DNA of 63,390 nt, counting the filler, from Collodictyon triciliatum (lineage: Eukaryota), in NCBI GenBank assembly GCA_043381765.1. It is 12 parts of 12 records of this genome, joined end to end, with 100 filler letters (N's around TTAATTAATTAA, not from the genome) between each part and the next. Parts side by side here need not be neighbours in the genome. Positions count along the whole stretch, not along the records: positions 53,585 to 58,835 come from JBHJMP010005348.1; positions 58,936 to 63,390 come from JBHJMP010005435.1; 10 more parts are not named here. The stretch is one strand, 5' to 3'. The notes below the pieces were generated by a model that worked only from the letters and a program-made list of their open reading frames with translations, had not been told where the DNA came from and ran no database searches. Shown here one piece after another: positions 57,701 through 63,390 of the stretch (position 1 is its first letter; the number at the start of each line of letters is the position of its first letter). The position numbers were made by a program, and so were the translations under genes.

Positions 57701-58239
57701 AAATTAAGGCAAAAAAAGGAAACGTTCTGTTAGGAGAGTTTAAGGTAATAGGAAAGGTTAAATTTGTTGCCCTTAGTAGTAATAATAATAAAGTGGTGAT
57801 TATTAAGCCAGATGAAATCGAAATTCGAGACTTTCAAGGTAAATTCCCGACTACATTTATCAATGATGGAAAAATCGATATTGGTGCCATTAGTCCTGAT
57901 GGAAGAACAATCGCAATGGCAAAAAAACAAGAGCCTGGTGTTGTAGCTAGACCACCTCTACAGCTTTTCGACATTAATGGGCAACCTATTGGTAAATTTG
58001 AGCAGGAAGGTAGCGTGGACTTTTTAGCATTTAGTCGCAATAGTCAATATATTTTGACCTCAAAATATGGAGAGATTCATTTCTTTCCCGCTAATTGGCA
58101 AGCCTTTCTGAAAATTGCTTGCAATAGACTCCGCTACCATCCCGTTTTGAACGATCCTGAAACTTTAGCTCAGGATGAAATTGCTAGAGGTGCTAGGGAA
58201 ACTTGTCAGAAGTATAGTCCCGACTGGCAGACGAGGTGA
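54760..58239 (+). CDS. nSTAND1-type STAND NTPase + TM segment + WD40 repeats (bacterial NLR-like), N-terminal amyloid-like motif
   Basis: SPYKGL..F…D…FFGR, Walker A GASGSGKSS, Walker B ILIDQFEELF, MRADFL, LPLLQYTL, EIAHEALL..W; hydrophobic WLSSGLAVAVLFALAAAY; GH…VRLW WD repeats; C-terminal ACNRLRYHP. Confidence 0.93.
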   Translation: MTQEFSKNLGEGGREQTIHDVSVVSSQNVTFNQTQIIQISVEEVKTRKFIITSPYKGLKKFESEDKDRFFGRDQFLTGLVNELEQSNFVLLLGASGSGKSSVIRAGLIPWLAERQGSHFMNLVFTPDQDPFESLYASLLGKYKQSEAQIARIAKEDTLTQLVRSLKQKDAYWFILIDQFEELFTTTESSKRDVFIKSLVQLVKTLDKAGDRSVKLVATMRADFLDRLSPYPDLIKITDKHRPMIAEMQLDELRLAIEQPAAHHGVVFETGLVKQIIDDVQGQAGYLPLLQYTLNLLWETEVQSRSIEDRTLNISNYRKLGGVRGALQQHVDQIYKSLSESEKLAAQRIFLKLVGIGQDEESGTEWKPVRRRATRSEFSDPLEQTVLTQLVNQNLLVSNRVANSEESTIEIAHEALLTSWLTLNTWIKENRQEIALRNRLNDDVEQWKKTNSHEDLWSGSRLEQALELRQDETFNQVLGGLSQEANQFLDASQGERDRIQKEKVRLQRRAIKWLSSGLAVAVLFALAAAYQWQKAERQTRMAQLQTKIVLANNLLPKEPTRAAILSIYATGQSVAEYKNVLSSAENSLLASVQGAREENVFKGHQGAVLSVAMSPDGQKIASAGADGTVRLWNLTDRSQQVIENFQNVQATSVVFNRSGHILASADANGQIAIRKLQENSLVCNYPSELKGRRDDYEVFLHRTVLAFSPKNENLFIGAGPDNRVRIFNVENCDEQDLGILEQYAPGEGYPFATSIAFSPDGDLLAIGDSDSGLRLLKLSDKTQQILLKGRLGYAESIQSLAFPDLTTIIIGIGVHEMAEYASIKTIWTLSKDQNQWEKGITFGVHQNVARTVVMNPGTSQIVSGGDESGDGHNLILLDRWTQNMLFAFIGHKDSVNAISLSKDGKNLVSGGSDGTVRLWSMEITPKGDGIKEVVEKTPNSSSSDYTSIFYSSDGDSMAIVKHDPKGFSETETNFNSFKNLIQIKAKKGNVLLGEFKVIGKVKFVALSSNNNKVVIIKPDEIEIRDFQGKFPTTFINDGKIDIGAISPDGRTIAMAKKQEPGVVARPPLQLFDINGQPIGKFEQEGSVDFLAFSRNSQYILTSKYGEIHFFPANWQAFLKIACNRLRYHPVLNDPETLAQDEIARGARETCQKYSPDWQTR

Positions 58240-58313
58240 GTAAGGGGAGATGAAAGAAGTCGCTTATGATTTCTTGGAGTAGTTGTCAGAAGTCAGTCAG
58301 TTAGGCGATCTCT

Positions 58314-58402
58314 GCATAACAAGCCGCTTGCACACCGACCGCATCAAGGTCGTCTGCTGGAACCGAAAGGCTACTAGCGGCGGGTGAAGCGGATCGTTAG
58401 CA
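58314..58402 (+). mobile_element. attC: Integron attC site (89 bp)
   Basis: R'' GCATAAC, 5-bp spacer, L'' GCTTGCAC (one extra base), stem CCGACCGC/GCGGCGG, L' GTGAAGC, 5-bp spacer, R' GTTAGCA; begins ~75 bp after the stop of the last cassette gene. Confidence 0.88.
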
Positions 58403-58746
58403 ATCCAAGCGCTGGCGCACCTTCAGGGTGAAAGTAACTGGCTCTAGTCGATGAGTATATATGCTTAGTGAAAATCTAGTTATTTAGAAGAAGTAAACAC
58501 CTTTCGCTGCGCCGGATCCCCCGTCCCATCCACAGCAGTCGTTGTCCCAACCTGCACCTGAGCGAAAGATGCACCTTGGGTAAGCACCAAAGCAAGCGCG
58601 AACACCAACACCCGGACATACTGCACCCAATATTTGCAGATCACCGATGGCCATTAACCATTACAAAGTCATATCCCCACCCATTAACGGTGTTATCGGC
58701 CCCTATCACCTTTTCCTTGAGCATTAGTTAGGACGCATCTCTCAAG

Positions 58747-58835
58747 CCCTTTGATTCGCCTTTAGGATTTCCCGCCAGTTAGGACAGATCCCCCCCTACA
58801 TGTAGGGGGGGAAATCCTAAAGGCGAATCAAAGGG
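58747..58835. repeat. Perfect 27-bp inverted repeat with inner palindrome at contig end
   Basis: CCCTTTGATTCGCCTTTAGGATTTCCC … GGGAAATCCTAAAGGCGAATCAAAGGG; inner CCCCCCTACATGTAGGGGGG. Confidence 0.85.
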
Positions 58836-59369
58836 NNNNNNNNNNNNNNNNNNNNNNNNNNNNNNNNNNNNNNNNNNNNTTAATTAATTAANNNNNNNNN
58901 NNNNNNNNNNNNNNNNNNNNNNNNNNNNNNNNNNNAAAAAAAAAAAAAAAAAAAAAAAAAAAAGTGAATAATAAAAAAAAAAAAGGTTTTTTTTTTTTTT
59001 TCCCTTAAAAAAAAAAAAAACAAAGGAAATCGTTGTGGTTTAATTGATATATCCAAAACTCAGTCATTTACTCTATTTGGGTACAATTCGATGGACAAAG
59101 ACCGAAACGACTCTAACTCGTTTTTGGCTAACCCTTTGCCTAGGACAAAAGAAGGGTTCATATCTCCACGCTTTGAATACGAAATCAGAATCAGAAGGAA
59201 AGAAAATGAAGCTGTTTGATAAATCAAATGAGTTTCACTTTTCACTCAAGTTACCTTCGGTCGCTGGTTAATGAAATAACTGGCCCCTAAAGACTGAATT
59301 TTCAGTATTCCAAAGTTCTTTATTTCATCACGCCTTATTCTATTCAAAATGATTCACGGGTAACGAGGC

Positions 59370-61807
59370 ATGAATATTTTTGGCCAGATGTACACCCCTA
59401 GGAAGCAAGTGGCCCATAGGGTCATCAATCATCCGATTTATCTATTCCAATATGATGGTCAAATCTGCGTGAGGAAGTTTGATGTGTTAGACTATCTTGG
59501 GCACCACCGGACAAGACAATTAAAATACCTTGATGAAAAACAACCACCCGTGTTTCCAAAGCGAAAGCATTTGCTGACATGCGCGGAAAACATATCTACA
59601 CTAAAATTGACGGAACCTCGTATGCCCACGCGCACCTCGCACGCCGTCGTTTATGCGGTTGACCTTGCCAAGGAATTTATAATGCGATTAATAGGCTCAT
59701 CCCAACACTTTGAATCTCTTCTGGCCACCCCTGTCATAGTATGTGCAATTCTGTTCCATAGAGAGGATTACATATTTCCCTTTTTCTTTTTCTTTTTTGC
59801 TTGCATTTCCTGAAATAATACAACCAACTAATTCTTTTATTTTTCACAGAGCTTGATGACGGAGTCCATCGAGAGCTTAAAAGTATTTTTTAGTTTTAAA
59901 AATTAAAATTGATTCTGTTTAACATAAAATACATGATTTCAAATCCATTAAAGGATTTATCGAGTACCAACAAAGATGTGCCCTATACGATACCGTATCA
60001 GCCGAGACTAAGATCCATGGAGCCTAGAGATTCGTCATTTGAAAGAAGTTCCTTATCTACAGATTCTAGTTTCCAGGCTCATAAAAGCAGTAGCAAGATT
60101 CGAAGCGCAAACATGTAAGTTTTGCTTTCATAAACGATATTACAATAAAAAAAATTTATAATGTTTTCAATAAAATTTTCGAATAAAATTGTATTATTGG
60201 CTGAGGGACAACCACAGCGACATCAATCATGTTACGACATGCTTAAGGAAACTTCATGAATCTGTATCTACGCAAAGGAATTTTCCACACAAAGAAAGTC
60301 ACAGAGAGCTCTTCGACGCTGATGGAAGCTTTAATCAATATCAATCCGGGTTTTGTTTGCAAAATCCAAAGCTTCACCAAGAGCATGAAACATATCCCAT
60401 AACCAACGCCGACACAAAGTACACAACAGATGAATTTGAACTATTCAATCAATCACAAATGTTCACGAACGATTCAAATGAAGTCCTAGTCGTGTCCAAC
60501 AGTTTAGTATCAGAAAATCAATTTGGCCAGTTTTCTGCTAGCAGGTAAAATTATCATTCTATCAATGTGTTACCCCATGCATTTGACTATATCTTCTGTC
60601 CTTTTTGACGATCAAAGGCCGTGAGCTGGATTTTAATTTATTTTTTTTTTAAAAAAAAAAAAAAATGTTTTACACGTTGCATGGACAAATTGAATCAAGT
60701 GAGTACCAGGGTGATTCTTTCTCATTTGAGGATATTTCCCATGGAGAGTGCATTCCTCCAATAAAATTGAGTTGCTTTCATCCAAAGAATTTTGTCTATG
60801 TACCAGCTGATCACATCGTCGTGGAAATCGTGGGAACTGGGTTTTCAGATGACTGTGCTTGTATCGCTCAAGAAACTACAATGCAAGGAGAAACTCACCA
60901 TAAGATTGATATATATGTAATTTCAAATGAACTCCTATCTTGCCAATTACCCAGTTCTAGAGAACCTAGAAAATTGGTCCTTTTTGTCTACGACCAATAC
61001 AGAGTCTCTGATGGCATAGAATTTGATTATTTGGAGCAGAAAAGTACACACGAAAACTCAGGCACGGACATGTCTATTAGTAATTCGAATGGCAACTGCG
61101 GTGATTTTGATGTTGATATGTTTTTTTCTGAAGATCCGTTTTTCAATAATGATGAGCAACTAGGAGGAGGATTCGGCAATTATTCTTCAGATTCGTTTAG
61201 TACACATTCGCTACAAAACAAAAAAGAACATGATGATGAAGTCATTTCAAAAAAATTATCAACTCATCTTTCAAGGATTGATGAAGAAAATGTTAATCAG
61301 GGCATTTTCTCTTTGGAGGAATGTCGTATTGACATTGATGAACCCTCAAAAAAATTTACAGAAATATCAAATGGGCATGAAGACATCAAGTCGAGCTCTC
61401 CTTCACGCGATGTATTCCCAAAGTCAAACAAGATATTAGAATATGTCAAATGTTTCATACCAGAGATACCAAAATTTGTGTCCATTAAAAGATTAGGAGC
61501 ATTCTTGAAAGTGGAAATAGAAAGACAAAAGTCCACCCCATCATCCCATCCATTTCGACATGTGCCAACTTTGACTAATTTGATGAAAACGTTCATCACC
61601 CCTGAAAATCACAGTGATTTCCCATCTGTGGATAGTCATCATGAATATGAATCGAGGCACTTAACTTTAAACGAAAAGGAAAATATTCCCAAGTATGGCA
61701 CAGAGAAAGGATGTGAGGTCGTAGAAACACACGTATTATGTAATGAGCAATGTGAAGAGATTGAAAATGAATTACATACTAGAGAACTCCCCCATCGAAA
61801 CGAATAG
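59370..61807 (+). CDS. Multi-exon protein with IPT/TIG domain and possible N-terminal winged-helix-like domain
   Basis: IPT/TIG-like PPIKLSCFHPK…VVEIVGTGFS…VISNELLSCQLP…VLFVY…SDGIEFDY, acidic low-complexity flanks, globular first exon. Confidence 0.55.
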
Positions 61808-62339
61808 TACCAAAAAATGATGGAGTTATAATAAGAGTTTTAATTGACACTTTCCTCTTCAGTTTTTCCGGAACAAAAAATAAACCTTCTCCAAAAAAAA
61901 AAAATCTATTGCTAAATATGCGGATTGTCAGAACTAAAATTGAAATATGATTCATTCTACATATCATTCTAATATGTGAGTTTTTTATGTTTATTTGTGG
62001 GTGGCTGTTCGATAGTAAAAGTTAGCCTTTCTTTTTTCCGCTTTTTTTTTTCGTGAAACGTTAGTCTTCAAAAAGTTGTTTTTTTTTTAAAAAAAAAAAA
62101 TTACTCAAACATTGAATGTATATTAATTCAGTTTCATTATATTTGATTCATTCTATCCCGTCATATAAATTCTTGATTATTTAATCTAATCTACTTTTTA
62201 ACGACAATCATACCAAACATCATTTTATAAAAAAAAAAATGTTTTCGTTAATCCATTTGGAACTAATTATAGCAGAGGTGGTCGATATCGAATTATTCTT
62301 AGAATATAGATTTTTTTAACACCAACTAATGATAAAGAG

Positions 62340-62923
62340 AAAATCATATTTCTTTACAGAAAACCGCCATGATTATACAAATGTCACAGGGAGATGAAAT
62401 AAAGCATTGTATAAGAATTATAACATCGATGATATCAAGTCATATTATTTTTGGCATAGAAAGTTGGTCAAATTATTTCAAAACGAAGGAAGAACAAAGC
62501 TTTTCCTTCTTTTGTTCTTTTTGTTCTTTTTGTTCTTTTTGTTCTTTTTGTTCTTTTTGTTCAATTAAGTTTGCTGAAAGAAAACAAAATTGATGAAATT
62601 ATCTTTTTCTCTATGACAATATGTGATCTCTTCATTGTCCAAGAATAAAATGCACCTTTTTTTTTCATAATAGCTGGATGTTCTCGCTCGGATTGGTAGA
62701 AAATCGGCATACTTTCGTAGTGGCGATGAAAGGAATTCAGCTTTGGAGGATGTCAAATTGTTTCTAAGCGACAGGATTAAGTGGATGGTGGTATATATAT
62801 ATATATTAATGCTTACAATGCATTCATTTCACATGAATGAAATATATTACGAACGAGTGATGCCGCTTTAAATAGGTCACTGGAATCACGCATCCTTCAT
62901 CTTGGGTTGGAAGGCGCGTCATG
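62340..62923 (-). CDS. Possible PH-domain-like small multi-exon gene
   Basis: LSSPLRKY…YEKKRCILFLDNEEITYC resembles PH strands beta1-beta3; weak. Confidence 0.3.
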
Positions 62924-63390
62924 GCAAGCAGCAGTCCAAGTAAACTCCAGCAATTCCCCCACCGCAAAAAAAAAAAAGGTGAAAAACGATATTTCCATAT
63001 CTGGAATTTCTCCTTTTTTTCTCCTTCTCCTTTCCCTTTTTCGCCTTGCTAGCAGCGCACCCTTCCTGTTGAGAATCGGGGTTTTGCGACTGTCTGAGGC
63101 TTAGGCGCCCAACAGTTTGGCGCTGACGCGAAGTAGAGAGACAGTGGTCAGCATTGTGTATTTCATCGCAACTACGACGAGTCGTTCAGGGACTTTCGTT
63201 ACTTGAGCTAATTTACTCTTCTTTTCTCTTCTTTTCTCTTCTTTTCTCTTCTTTTCTCTTCTTTTCTCTTTCTTTTCTCTTCTTTTCTCTTCTTTTCTCT
63301 TCTTTTCTCTTCTTTTCTCTTCTTTTCTCTTCTTTTCTCTTCTTTTCTCTTCTTTTCTCTTCTTTTCTCTTCTTTTCTCTTCTTTTCTCT

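Larger units (their letters stand above)
54144..58396 (+). mobile_element. Integron gene cassette (~4.25 kb) carrying two genes
   Basis: Bounded by G|TT crossover cores at 54143 and 58396; excision would regenerate a perfectly complementary R''/R' pair. Confidence 0.75.
53585..58835. other. Bacterial (cyanobacterial-like) contig within a eukaryotic assembly
   Basis: Intronless, operon-like ATGA overlap, HIP1 octamers GCGATCGC at 55245 and 55385 plus near-matches, nSTAND1-WD40 protein typical of filamentous cyanobacteria, attC site. Confidence 0.85.

Noticed and set aside
58480-58660. A second cassette gene after attC
   Set aside because: Only a short minus-strand signal-peptide-like fragment is present, with no further attC before the contig end.

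Overview
This is not one locus. It is 12 unrelated contigs of about 5.25 kb, apparently size-sorted and joined by artificial N-TTAATTAATTAA-N linkers, so adjacency across linkers is meaningless. Most contigs are intron-rich, microsatellite-rich eukaryotic (protist-like) DNA. They carry uridine phosphorylase, a SAPS/PP6R-like gene, an FHA gene, tRNA-Gly(TCC), EF-hand/WD40, ARM-repeat, CH+DUF4062, GDPD, SLU7 and IPT/TIG genes. Four contigs stand out. (1) 10734-15999 is an intact Polinton-like virus fragment with a major capsid protein, Tlr6F and an inverted 9-mer repeat cluster. (2,3) 1-5268 is a decayed PLV-like region with a coding (SQ)n repeat and a Tlr6F pseudogene interrupted by an APE-type non-LTR retrotransposon; a related element occurs at 9119-10633. 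(4) 53585-58835 is a cyanobacterial-like contig with a ~4.25 kb integron gene cassette (canonical attC, matching upstream core site). The cassette encodes an nSTAND1-TM-WD40 NLR-like receptor and a translationally coupled small helical protein, and the two share a 20-residue amyloid-like motif. This is a candidate amyloid-signalling immune module and the most novel-looking system here. All family calls are by eye from motifs; no searches were run.
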